Assembly (NCBI RefSeq): GCF_020687545.1
Contig: NZ_JAJEQX010000017.1
Coordinates: forward strand, 33,023 to 57,022
From: Ruminococcus turbiniformis
Lineage (GTDB): Bacteria; Bacillota; Clostridia; Lachnospirales; Lachnospiraceae
Direction: 5' to 3'
DNA length: 24,000 nt
Positions 8,520-17,559 of this stretch are shown one piece after another. Every line of letters starts with the position of its first letter. The first letter of the stretch is position 1. The position numbers and the translations under genes are program-made. The notes below the pieces were generated by a model. It searched no databases, had not been told where the DNA came from, and saw only the letters and a list, made by a program, of their open reading frames with translations.

Positions 8520-9932
8520 TCAGAGTTTTCTCAAAAATGTCTTATATCCTTTGTACGCCTCGTAAATATCCGCTTTGCTGGCCACCTCGTACGGTGCATG
8601 CATACTGAGAACAGCCACTCCGCTGTCGATCACTTCCATCCCGTAATTTGCCGTAATATACGCGATCGTTCCGCCGCCACCCAGGTCCACACGGCCCAGC
8701 TCCGCGAACTGGTGCGCCACATTATCTTCGTCCATTGCCCTGCGAAGTGCCGCGATGTATTCCGCGTTGGCGTCGTTGGAACCTGATTTTCCCCTGCTGC
8801 CGGTAAACTTGTTAAAGGTAATTCCATTTGCGAAAAACGCAGAACTTCTCTTCTCAAATGCCTCGGCAAACATCGGGTCATAGGCAGCGCTCACATCGGA
8901 GGATAACATTCTTGAATTTGCCAGCGCCCGGCGCACTTTCAGATCAGATTCTCCTTCGGTTGCAGCGACAAGCTCCGCCACTGTGTTTTCAAAAAATCTG
9001 GAATGCATTCCCGTCGCTCCGACACTTCCGATCTCTTCCTTATCTACAAGGAGGCAGCATCCTGTCTTCTCCGCCTCTTCCACATCCAGCATGGCAAAAA
9101 GCGAGGTAAACGCGCACACTCTGTCATCCTGCCCGTAAGAAAGGATCATACTTCTGTCCAGTCCGCAGTCTCTCGCCTTTCCCGCAGGAACAATCTCCAG
9201 TTCGGCAGAAGTAAAGTCTTCCTCTTCCATGCCGTATTTCTCTTTCAGAAGGCGGAGCACATTTGCCTTTACCGTCTCTTTTGTCTTTGCAGCGTCATCG
9301 CCCTCGGCCAGTTCTTCTGCCGCCTGGTCCACCGGACGGTTTCCGATCAGGAGATCCAGCTTCTCGCCTTCGATCACTTTGGACGCTTTCTTTTCCATCT
9401 GCTCCTGAGCGAGGTGCACGAGAAGATCTGTGATTACGAATACGGGATCATTCTCTTCTTCGCCGATGGACACGTTTTCCGTTGTCCCGTCCTTTTTCAC
9501 AACCACGCCATGCAGAGAAAGGGGCTGAGCCACCCACTGGTACTTTTTTATTCCGCCGTAATAGTGGGTGTCGAGATAGGCAAGTCCTTCATTTTCATAG
9601 AGAGGGTTCTGTTTTACGTCAATGCGCGGAGAGTCAATATGCGCCCCGAGGATGTTCATTCCCTCTGAGATTGGTCTGGTTCCGATGCGGAAAAGGACGA
9701 TCATTTTCTTCATGCATACCGCATAAACCTTGTCACCGGCTTTAAGCTTTTCCCCGGACGCCGCGATTTCATTTAAGTCCCGGTAGCCGGCCTGAGAAGC
9801 CATACGCACGGCAAGCTCCACGCACTCCCGCTCCGTTTTGCCCTCGTCAAGGCATTTCTTGTACTTTTCGCTGATGCTGTTCAGCTCTGAAAGCTGAGGT
9901 TCACTGTAGGTTGACCAGATGTTTTTCTTCAT
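8520..9932 (-). CDS. M18 family zinc aminopeptidase (aminopeptidase 1)
   Basis: 470 aa; 'NILGAHIDSPRIDVKQNPLYE', 'LLVDKEEIGSVGATGM' and 'GVAVLSMHAPYEVASKADIYEAYK' are M18 metallopeptidase motifs. Confidence 0.93.
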   Translation of the reverse strand: MKKNIWSTYSEPQLSELNSISEKYKKCLDEGKTERECVELAVRMASQAGYRDLNEIAASGEKLKAGDKVYAVCMKKMIVLFRIGTRPISEGMNILGAHIDSPRIDVKQNPLYENEGLAYLDTHYYGGIKKYQWVAQPLSLHGVVVKKDGTTENVSIGEEENDPVFVITDLLVHLAQEQMEKKASKVIEGEKLDLLIGNRPVDQAAEELAEGDDAAKTKETVKANVLRLLKEKYGMEEEDFTSAELEIVPAGKARDCGLDRSMILSYGQDDRVCAFTSLFAMLDVEEAEKTGCCLLVDKEEIGSVGATGMHSRFFENTVAELVAATEGESDLKVRRALANSRMLSSDVSAAYDPMFAEAFEKRSSAFFANGITFNKFTGSRGKSGSNDANAEYIAALRRAMDEDNVAHQFAELGRVDLGGGGTIAYITANYGMEVIDSGVAVLSMHAPYEVASKADIYEAYKGYKTFLRKL

Positions 9933-9947
9933 ATATACTTCCTTTCC

Positions 9948-9980
9948 GGGACGTAGACAAATTCAATTCAGCTACGTCCC
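9948..9980. repeat. Left terminal hairpin of the RAYT-like element
   Basis: GGGACGTAG (9948..9956), 15-nt loop, CTACGTCCC (9972..9980). Confidence 0.85.
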
Positions 9981-10047
9981 CAATTGACTTTCACTATGTC
10001 CCAAACTGAATTTTGCCCTGTCCCTTTTCAATGTGTTTAATTTTCAA

Positions 10048-10815
10048 CTATTTTCCAATTATACATCTTTTTACAAAGCGATACAATCTTACAGCTCTCG
10101 TTTTTGAAATTCTCAGATCATTTCGCAGTTTCTGCTGATAATCTTTTCGCAGGCTCTGTTGTTCTATAATTTCCTTCGGGCTGTCCAGGCCCTGCCTGTG
10201 AGCTTCCTGATTGATTAGAGCCAGAGCAAACTTCTGCTGCTGAATTTCCACTTCTTCTGGTATATCAATAAAAATTTGTCTGCTGCTTTTTTGATGAAAA
10301 TCAAGATATTCTTCAAAATCCGAAAACTCTTTTTTATATACTCTAATCGCATCAGCATGTATTATCTGACTATTTTCTGTTTCATATTCTTTCAAACTGG
10401 AAAATCTGTATTTTAAAGGACTTTTTACTATATTTGCATTTACCGGATTCATATGAATGTATCTAACACAATTCCAAAAATATTGAGTATTTTCTATGCA
10501 TTCACTCCTGAATCGATTTTGAAAAACATGGCCGTTACGATTATGTTTATAATTGTAATATTCTGCGAATTCTGCCAAGACTATGGCTAAATAACTTGAT
10601 AAAACTTTTAGATCAGCATGAATCAGCAAATGAAAATGAGTAGACATGATCACATATGCATATAATTCTACTTCATACTTATCAAGATACTTTCGAAGGA
10701 GTCGTATAAGATTGTTTTTCTCACGAGTCTGGTTAAAAATACGCTCGTGATTTATTCCTCTCCCTATCACATGGTAAAAGTCCGTACAGCTTCTTTTCCG
10801 TGCGGTTCGCGGCAT
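10048..10815 (-). CDS. REP-associated tyrosine transposase / Transposase_17-like (Y1_Tnp superfamily)
   Basis: 'FYHVIGRGINHERIF', 'YAYVIMSTHFHLLIH' (HUH motif) and 'VRYIHMNPVNANIV'. Start at MPRTARKRS with upstream GAGGTGAT. Confidence 0.93.
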   Translation of the reverse strand: MPRTARKRSCTDFYHVIGRGINHERIFNQTREKNNLIRLLRKYLDKYEVELYAYVIMSTHFHLLIHADLKVLSSYLAIVLAEFAEYYNYKHNRNGHVFQNRFRSECIENTQYFWNCVRYIHMNPVNANIVKSPLKYRFSSLKEYETENSQIIHADAIRVYKKEFSDFEEYLDFHQKSSRQIFIDIPEEVEIQQQKFALALINQEAHRQGLDSPKEIIEQQSLRKDYQQKLRNDLRISKTRAVRLYRFVKRCIIGK

Positions 10816-10903
10816 TTCATCACCTCTTTTGCGCCTTAGGGACAGGGCAAAATTCAATTTGGGACACACTAAAACTCATTTGGGGACACACTGGTTTTCA
10901 ATT

Positions 10904-10938
10904 GGGGACGTAGCAGAATTCAATTTCACTACGTCCCC
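10904..10938. repeat. Right terminal hairpin of the RAYT-like element
   Basis: GGGGACGTAG (10904..10913), 15-nt loop, CTACGTCCCC (10929..10938). Confidence 0.85.
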
Positions 10939-10945
10939 GAAAAAG

Positions 10946-12346
10946 TTACCACTCGAATTTCTTCTCGAAATATGCCTTCAGATCTTCGATCTTCACTCTC
11001 TCCTGCTCCATCGTATCACGGTCGCGGACTGTCACCGCACCGTCCTCTTCCGATTCAAAATCATATGTTACGCAGTAAGGCGTTCCGATCTCATCCTGTC
11101 TGCGGTAGCGTTTTCCGATATTTCCGCGGTCATCATACTCGCAGTTATAATATTTGCACAGCTCCGCATAAATCTTCTCCGCACCTTCGCCAAGCTTTTT
11201 GGAAAGCGGCAGCACTCCGATCTTAACCGGTGCCAGAGCCGGATGGAAATGAAGCACTGTACGCATATCCGGCTTCTCCTCTGTGCCGATGTTTTCCTCG
11301 TCATACGCACTGCACAGGAACGCGAGAACCATACGGTCCGCTCCCAGAGACGGCTCGATGACATACGGAATGTATTTTTCCTTTGTCTCATCGTCAAAAT
11401 AAGTAAGATCCTGTCCTGATACATTCTGATGCTGTGTCAGGTCATAGTCGGTACGGTCTGCGATTCCCCACAGTTCTCCCCATCCGAACGGGAAGAGAAA
11501 TTCCACGTCTGTGGTTGCCTTGCTGTAGAAGGAAAGTTCTTCCTTATCATGGTCGCGGTAGCGCACTTCGTCCTCTTTAAGTCCCAGGGAGGACAGCCAG
11601 TTCAGACAGAAGTTCTTCCAGTAGTCAAACCACTCAAGATCCGTGTCAGGCTTGCAGAAAAATTCAAGCTCCATCTGCTCAAATTCTCTTGTACGGAACG
11701 TAAAGTTGCCCGGAGTGATCTCATTTCGGAACGATTTTCCAATCTGAGCGATACCGAACGGAAGTTTCTTTCTCGATGTACGCTGTACATTCTTAAAGTT
11801 TACAAAAATACCCTGAGCAGTCTCCGGACGGAGGTAAACCGTATTCTTCGCATCCTCTGTCACGCCCTGGAATGTCTTGAACATCAGATTGAACTGACGG
11901 ATATCCGTAAAATTGTGCTTGCCGCAGGTCGGACACGGGATCTGATGCTCCTCGATAAACTCCGTCATCTGCTCCTGGGACCATCCGTCCACACTGCCTT
12001 CAAGCTGGATTCCCTTTTCCTCACAGTAATCCTCAATCAGCTTATCTGCACGGAATCTCTCATGACATTCCTTACAGTCCATAAGCGGATCGCTGAAACC
12101 GCCGAGATGTCCGGAAGCCACCCATGTCTGCGGGTTCATCAGAATCGCACAGTCAACGCCCACGTTATAGGGATTTTCCTGTACAAATTTTTTCCACCAT
12201 GCTTTTTTTACATTGTTTTTCAGTTCTACTCCGAGATTGCCGTAATCCCATGTGTTCGCCAGTCCGCCGTAAATCTCAGAGCCGGGATAGACAAATCCTC
12301 TGGATTTCGCCAGCGCAACAATTTTATCCATTGTCTTTTCAACCAT
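10946..12346 (-). CDS. glyQS: Glycine--tRNA ligase (dimeric class II type)
   Basis: '[35 protein letters not shown]', '[17 protein letters not shown]', '[34 protein letters not shown]' and the C-terminal anticodon-binding domain. Confidence 0.98.
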   Translation of the reverse strand: MVEKTMDKIVALAKSRGFVYPGSEIYGGLANTWDYGNLGVELKNNVKKAWWKKFVQENPYNVGVDCAILMNPQTWVASGHLGGFSDPLMDCKECHERFRADKLIEDYCEEKGIQLEGSVDGWSQEQMTEFIEEHQIPCPTCGKHNFTDIRQFNLMFKTFQGVTEDAKNTVYLRPETAQGIFVNFKNVQRTSRKKLPFGIAQIGKSFRNEITPGNFTFRTREFEQMELEFFCKPDTDLEWFDYWKNFCLNWLSSLGLKEDEVRYRDHDKEELSFYSKATTDVEFLFPFGWGELWGIADRTDYDLTQHQNVSGQDLTYFDDETKEKYIPYVIEPSLGADRMVLAFLCSAYDEENIGTEEKPDMRTVLHFHPALAPVKIGVLPLSKKLGEGAEKIYAELCKYYNCEYDDRGNIGKRYRRQDEIGTPYCVTYDFESEEDGAVTVRDRDTMEQERVKIEDLKAYFEKKFEW

Positions 12347-12408
12347 GATATGTTCCTCACATTCTTTTTCTAAGTCGCTACCTATTATAACGGCTGCAGC
12401 CGCATTTT

Positions 12409-13167
12409 TCAAGGGATTCCGGGAAGTGTTTCCAGCGTCTCCAGTATTTCCAGAGACTTGAACTTCCGGTCTGTGTAGATCTCCATCAGCCGCCCCGTCA
12501 CTTTTCCAAGTTCATTCAGTACGTTTTCCGTCACATTAAATGTATATAACTTTGCAATACTGCTGGATTCAATATATTGCATACTATACAAAGTCGAGTC
12601 ATCCAGAACAATCCCGTCAATCACGTCGCGGCTGCATTCACTGCACACAAGCCCGCCTTTCGCCGCACTGAATACTTTCGGCCGCTCCGTATCCCCGCAT
12701 ACAATGCATTGAAACACCTGCGGTCCCTGTCCGTTAATCGTCAGCGTTTTCAGTTCAAATATGTAGCGGATGAGCAGATTCGGTATATGCGGATTCAGAA
12801 GCGCCCGCATTGTCTGGTAGAGCAGTTTGAGCATTTCCCTTTCATCGTTCGATTCCTTCGTATAGTAGTCGGCGACCTCAAGAAAATAGAAGCCGTAGTA
12901 CGCTCCCACCATATCGGATCTGAGCTCTGCAAAATAATTCGATATATCCGCAGACTGTATCGTATATGACGACCTTCCCTCGTACATGGTAAACTCGCCG
13001 AATGAAAACGGGTTCACTGCGCCTACAAGAGGGCTGTTGGGCCGTCTGGCTCCGCGCGCAAACGCTGATATCTTTCCCTGTTCTTTTGTCAGTATAACCA
13101 CACGCCGGTCAAACTCTCCCACCGGCATTGTGGACAGCACCATTCCCGTCAATACAATCTGATTCAC
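12409..13167 (-). CDS. recO: DNA repair protein RecO
   Basis: [47 protein letters not shown] is a RecO OB-fold N-terminus; 'CIVCG...C..C' zinc motif. GTG start at 13167 with AAAGGAAC upstream. Confidence 0.93.
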   Translation of the reverse strand: MNQIVLTGMVLSTMPVGEFDRRVVILTKEQGKISAFARGARRPNSPLVGAVNPFSFGEFTMYEGRSSYTIQSADISNYFAELRSDMVGAYYGFYFLEVADYYTKESNDEREMLKLLYQTMRALLNPHIPNLLIRYIFELKTLTINGQGPQVFQCIVCGDTERPKVFSAAKGGLVCSECSRDVIDGIVLDDSTLYSMQYIESSSIAKLYTFNVTENVLNELGKVTGRLMEIYTDRKFKSLEILETLETLPGIP

Positions 13168-13342
13168 TTTGTTCCTTTCTAAAGCCTCCGCTACCGGCCG
13201 CACTGCCGTGAACCTCTTCTCTCCCCGGCCTCTGAACTCCGCCGTCAGGTATGTTCTCATTTTCCCTGTTTTCCATTTTATAATTCAGATAGTCTGCGAT
13301 GCTCCCTGTCATCATAAACTGATTCCAATACGTCTCTTTCAT
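13109..13342 (-). CDS. YqzL-like small protein located between era and recO
   Basis: MKETYWNQFMMTGSIADYLNYK matches the YqzL pattern (short protein starting W..F..TG.I..YL.YK). Position era - yqzL - recO matches the Bacillus arrangement. Upstream AGAGGTGA Shine-Dalgarno. Confidence 0.65.
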   Translation of the reverse strand: MKETYWNQFMMTGSIADYLNYKMENRENENIPDGGVQRPGREEVHGSAAGSGGFRKEQSESDCIDGNGAVHNAGGRV

Positions 13343-13501
13343 CGGCTCACCTCTTCTTCCGTGTCACAGCCTTTTCTTCCAGGCTGTACCATTAGGTTCC
13401 CCGATTCGGAAAACAGATATACCACGCAAAAAATACCAACGTATTTTTCCGCCGCCTGCCTTGACACCTGCCGCACCCACGCTGCAGACGTTTGCTCTGT
13501 G

Positions 13502-14398
13502 CTATTCCTCGTCCCGATATCCGAAATTTTTCATCAGATAATCACTGTCACGCCAGTTTTTCTGTACCTTGACCCAGAGTTTCAGATTCACTCTGCAGTC
13601 CAGAAGCCGCTCGATTTCATAGCGCGCCGTACTTCCGATTTTTTTCAGCATACTGCCCTGCTTTCCTATAATGATTCCCTTATGGGAATCTCTCTCGCAG
13701 ATGATAGTCGCATCGATATGCATCACTTTCCGCTCCATCTTCATCCGGTCGATGGCTACCGCGATCCCATGCGGAATCTCCTCATCCAGACAGTGCAGCG
13801 CCTTCTCCCGGATCAGCTCCGCCACAATCTGGCGCTCCGGCTGATCCGTCACAGTGTCCTCATCATAAAACTGAGGACCATACGGAAGATATTTCAGAAT
13901 CACCCTGACAAGCTCTTCCGTATTGTCTCCGCTTCGGGCCGATACGGGCACAATATCGGCGAAATCATATTCCTTCCTGTACATATCAATCACCGGAAGA
14001 AGTTCTTCTTTCTTCACCATGTCAATCTTGTTGATGACAAGAATAACCGGCGTCCTCACTTTTTTAAGCTGATCGATGATATGTTTCTCCCCCGCCCCGA
14101 TAAACGTAGACGGCTCCACAAGCCAGAGCACTACATCCACCTCATTGAGCGAGCGCTCCGCAATATGAACCATATATTCCCCCAGCTTGTTCTTTGCCTT
14201 GTGGATTCCCGGCGTATCGACAAACACAATCTGGCCTTCCTCTGTTGTAAGAACCGTCTGTATACGGTTTCTTGTCGTCTGCGGCTTGTTGGAAGTGATC
14301 GCAATCTTCTGGCCGATCAGATGGTTCATCAGTGTTGATTTTCCGACATTTGGTCTGCCGATCAGAGTGGCAAATCCTGATTTAAAATCTTCTCTCAT
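13502..14398 (-). CDS. era: GTPase Era
   Basis: 'GRPNVGKSTLMN', 'DTPGIHKAK', 'NKIDMV' and KH domain 'GIIIGKQGSMLKKIGSTARYEIERLL'. ATG at 14398 with an AAAGGAG Shine-Dalgarno. Confidence 0.98.
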   Translation of the reverse strand: MREDFKSGFATLIGRPNVGKSTLMNHLIGQKIAITSNKPQTTRNRIQTVLTTEEGQIVFVDTPGIHKAKNKLGEYMVHIAERSLNEVDVVLWLVEPSTFIGAGEKHIIDQLKKVRTPVILVINKIDMVKKEELLPVIDMYRKEYDFADIVPVSARSGDNTEELVRVILKYLPYGPQFYDEDTVTDQPERQIVAELIREKALHCLDEEIPHGIAVAIDRMKMERKVMHIDATIICERDSHKGIIIGKQGSMLKKIGSTARYEIERLLDCRVNLKLWVKVQKNWRDSDYLMKNFGYRDEE

Positions 14399-14421
14399 GT
14401 ATACTCCTTTTGTGAACATTC

Positions 14422-14470
14422 TGTGAAAGGGGACGTACCCCTTTTGAAAAAGGGTACGTCCCCTTTCACA
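14422..14470. repeat. 49-nt near-perfect palindrome (REP-like)
   Basis: TGTGAAAGGGGACGTACCC c TTTT g AAAA a GGGTACGTCCCCTTTCACA: 19-bp outer arms plus 4 inner bp with a single mismatch. Confidence 0.9.
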
Positions 14471-14482
14471 CTTTTTTCACAT

Positions 14483-17455
14483 TTAACTCAGTGTCTTTAC
14501 TTCCATAAACATCTCTTTGTTCTCTTCAATCTTCTCTTCCCCGCCGATTACACAGAGCTGATCTGCATCCAGCACTGCCTGCAGCACGTCTGCCAGCGCC
14601 CGGATATCCTCCTGATCCGCAGTCAGGATCTGCTCTCTCTCTCTGCGGATCATCTCTTCTGAAACCCGGTTCATATACAGATTCATGGAACGGCTCCCCT
14701 TGGCAGACGGGTTCATCGGGCGGTCGATATTGCTGATCGTACCGATGACAAACTTGTTCATGTCGCGGTCGCTGACACTGAAATTCCTCAGATAGTCAAC
14801 CACGCCCTCGTACACTTCCATCGTCTTCTTCAGATGAGGATCGCGGTACGAGATAAGGTATCCCTCGCCGATGCGGTTGAAGTTGCTCATGCAGCCGTAC
14901 GCTCCGCCCTTGACGCGGATATTCTGCCACAGATAATCATAGCTCAAGATCACTTTCAGGATCTGAAGCGCTCCTGTATACTGCGCGCCGCCGTCGATAA
15001 AGTTGCCGACCCGGGCCACATACTGGACTTTGGAGGACGTCTTGAAGCCCTCATTCCGCTTTCTGCAGTGAATGATGCATCTCTCAGGCGCACCGGCGTC
15101 TGCTCCGTTTCCGCTGTCTCTGCCTTCGCTGCCGTCTCCGGTCTCATTGAGATGTCCGGCCACTGCGGAGAATGCCGCCTCTGCCGGAGCCAGCCCCTCC
15201 TCTGCGGAAGTGTAGCTCACCATCATATTGTCCGTGCGGAAGATCTTTGCCGCGATCTTTTTGAGATTCCGGATCAGCTCTTCCTTATGACCTTCAAAAT
15301 CTTCTTCAATCGCCTTTACCACCTCGTAAAATCCGATTCCGTCCGTATCGTCCTTAAACTTGGAGATCGGGGAGGTATAGGACAGTGCTCTGAGCGCCGC
15401 TGTCGTATGTCCTGAGGAAAGGAAGGACATCTGGAGTCTGGACTTTAACATCGCCAGAATCTCTTTTAAGCGCTTCTCATCATCCAGTTTTGACTCCATA
15501 AGGATCTCACGCATCATGGCAAACATAACATTGAGCTTCGGGTAAAGCGCCTTTCCCTTTATCTCAAACGTAGCGCGGAACTCTTTTTCCTTTACTTTTG
15601 TCACATCTGTGTACAGTTCAAGGGAGGTGCCGATCCCGCCTGTGTGTACGTTGATCTCGTTAAAGAGCTCTCCGTACTCATAGTTTGTCGTATCGATGAT
15701 TCCCAGGACACTCTGAAGGATTCCCACATAGGGCAGCTTCTCCTCCGGAATGCCTGAGAGATCAAACATAAGCGCTGCATAGCCAATGCCGTTCGTCTCC
15801 ACATTGTGGTACACCATCTTCACGCCGGCCAGTTTCTTCTCCTCATTAAAGACCGGAGCGATATCTCTTGAGATGTCTTCCCGGCCAAGCACCGGTATCT
15901 TCTCCAGATCTTCCGGAGCGGATTCTTCTTCCTGGTATGCTTCCAGCTCTTTTGTCTGTGTTACAAGCTCCGCGATCTGCTCCGCTGACAGGCTGTCCTT
16001 ATACGCCTTTAATTTCTCCGCCAGCGCCCGGTCCATCATGGCTGTCCGTCCGCGCTCCGGCCGGATAATCACAATAGAACCGTGCGTATTGTCCAGCAGA
16101 TACTCCCGGATCAGATTCTCAAAATATCCGGTATCCACCTGACTTTTCAGGAACTCGAATGTGGGGATCGCCTCCATATGGATGAACGGCTTCTCATCGT
16201 CATAGAGCCAGCTGTCAAAGAGCTGCAGCCCGTACATCAGCCCCCGCGGATAATTTCCGAAATCCGCCTCGCGGAAACGGAATTCATGATAATTGATTCC
16301 CGCCCGCAGCGCCTTCTTATCCACTCCGCTGTCTGCGATCTTTTTCAGCGTATCCTCCACAACCTGTATAAACGCCTCTTTCTGCTCCATGTTCGCGTTT
16401 TTCGCGATCACGGAAAAGATCGGCTGATACACTCCGTTGTCATAGGAGCCCATAATGTCCTTTCCGATTCCCGCATCGAGAAGGGCCTTCTTAAGCGGTG
16501 CCCCCGGCGCGGACAGAAGCGCATAGTCCAGAATCTGGAAGGCCAGATACAGTTTCTCATCCAGAGATGTTCCGATGACTTTATTGTAGGAGAGGTACGT
16601 GTTGTCCTCCTCGCTCTCCTCGCTTGCGATGGAATACTCCTGCACAACCTCTTTCATCCTGTCAAACGGCTTCTGATACCGGATCTGCGAATCCACCCCG
16701 ATCTGCTCAAAATCAGACAGGTAGTTCTCATCAAGCCAGCGCAGCTTTTCCTCCATGTCCATATCTCCGTACAGATAGATATAACTGTTGGAAGGATGAT
16801 AGTATTTCCTGTGGAAATCAAGAAACGCCTCGTAGGAAAGCTCCGGGATCACTTCCGGGTCACCGCCCGACTCATTTGCATAGGAGGTATCCGGAAAAAG
16901 AGAATTTAAAATCACCCGGTCCAGCACTCCCTCCGGTGAGGAAAATGCCCCTTTCATCTCATTATACACGACACCGGAGAGCGTCAAATCTCCGTCCGGA
17001 TCATCCAGATGATAGCTCCATCCCTCCTGCCGGAATGTCTTGTCATGCTCATAAATATTCGGATAAAATACTGCATCCATATACACATGCATCAGATTCT
17101 GAAAATCTTTGTCATTGCAGCTGGCCACAGGATAAACCGTCTTGTCCGGATATGTCATTGCATTTAAAAACGTGTTAAGCGATCCTTTCACCAGCTCCAC
17201 AAAAGGATCCTTCACGGGGAAGTCCCTGGAACCGCAGAGCACTGAATGCTCCATGATGTGAGGCACCCCGGTACTGTCAGAAGGCGGAGTGCGGAATCCG
17301 ATGGCAAACACTTTATTCTCGTCGTCATTTTCCATAAGCAGTACTCTTGCCCCGCTTTTTTTGTGACGAAGCAATGTTCCTTTCGACTGTACTCCGGAAA
17401 GCTCTTCCTCCTGCATAATTTGATAAGCTTTCAGATCATATATACTCATTGTCAT
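14483..17455 (-). CDS. Insulinase-family (M16C, presequence-protease-like) metallopeptidase
   Basis: 990 aa; 'GVPHIMEHSVLCGSRDFPVKDPFVELVKGSLNTFLNAMTYPDKTVYPVAS' contains the inverted HxxEH zinc motif (HIMEH); C-terminal 'VRVKGGAYG' motif. Confidence 0.96.
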   Translation of the reverse strand: MTMSIYDLKAYQIMQEEELSGVQSKGTLLRHKKSGARVLLMENDDENKVFAIGFRTPPSDSTGVPHIMEHSVLCGSRDFPVKDPFVELVKGSLNTFLNAMTYPDKTVYPVASCNDKDFQNLMHVYMDAVFYPNIYEHDKTFRQEGWSYHLDDPDGDLTLSGVVYNEMKGAFSSPEGVLDRVILNSLFPDTSYANESGGDPEVIPELSYEAFLDFHRKYYHPSNSYIYLYGDMDMEEKLRWLDENYLSDFEQIGVDSQIRYQKPFDRMKEVVQEYSIASEESEEDNTYLSYNKVIGTSLDEKLYLAFQILDYALLSAPGAPLKKALLDAGIGKDIMGSYDNGVYQPIFSVIAKNANMEQKEAFIQVVEDTLKKIADSGVDKKALRAGINYHEFRFREADFGNYPRGLMYGLQLFDSWLYDDEKPFIHMEAIPTFEFLKSQVDTGYFENLIREYLLDNTHGSIVIIRPERGRTAMMDRALAEKLKAYKDSLSAEQIAELVTQTKELEAYQEEESAPEDLEKIPVLGREDISRDIAPVFNEEKKLAGVKMVYHNVETNGIGYAALMFDLSGIPEEKLPYVGILQSVLGIIDTTNYEYGELFNEINVHTGGIGTSLELYTDVTKVKEKEFRATFEIKGKALYPKLNVMFAMMREILMESKLDDEKRLKEILAMLKSRLQMSFLSSGHTTAALRALSYTSPISKFKDDTDGIGFYEVVKAIEEDFEGHKEELIRNLKKIAAKIFRTDNMMVSYTSAEEGLAPAEAAFSAVAGHLNETGDGSEGRDSGNGADAGAPERCIIHCRKRNEGFKTSSKVQYVARVGNFIDGGAQYTGALQILKVILSYDYLWQNIRVKGGAYGCMSNFNRIGEGYLISYRDPHLKKTMEVYEGVVDYLRNFSVSDRDMNKFVIGTISNIDRPMNPSAKGSRSMNLYMNRVSEEMIRREREQILTADQEDIRALADVLQAVLDADQLCVIGGEEKIEENKEMFMEVKTLS

Positions 17456-17559
17456 CTCTCCTTGCAGTTCGTCTGAATTTCAGTCTGAATCAAAGTTTAA
17501 CCCGGTCTTTAACCTGGTCAATATCGTCAATATATTAGTATATCACTAAATTTTCAACT

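Larger units (their letters stand above)
9948..10938. mobile_element. RAYT/IS200-like (Y1 transposase) element with mirrored terminal hairpins and iteron-like ends
   Basis: Ends carry GGGACGTAG-15nt-CTACGTCCC hairpins. Internal inverted repeat GGGACAGGGCAAAATTCA(G/A)TTTGGGACA (27/28 nt identical) at 9997..10024 and 10839..10866. Encodes a Y1-type transposase. Confidence 0.85.

Noticed and set aside
9948-10938. Target-site duplication flanking the RAYT-like element
   Set aside because: Sequences immediately outside the hairpins (cctttcc and gaaaaag) show no convincing direct repeat, which is consistent with Y1-type transposition that makes none.
11429-12373. 314-aa plus-strand ORF antisense to glyQS
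   Set aside because: Shadow ORF opposite glycyl-tRNA synthetase with no recognisable domain.
12347-12450. Possible T-box leader for glyQS
   Set aside because: Only about 62 nt separate the recO stop and the glyQS start, too short for a T-box. glyQS appears to be read from the era-recO operon.
13169-14338. 389-aa plus-strand ORF antisense to era/yqzL
   Set aside because: Shadow ORF opposite conserved genes; composition is atypical and no SD or motif was seen.
14423-14662. 79-aa plus-strand ORF beginning at the palindrome
   Set aside because: Starts inside the inverted repeat and overlaps the 3' end of the M16 gene on the opposite strand. Explained by the palindrome, not by coding.
16082-16909. 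275-aa plus-strand ORF antisense to the M16 peptidase
   Set aside because: Fully opposite a well-supported metallopeptidase gene; no independent evidence.
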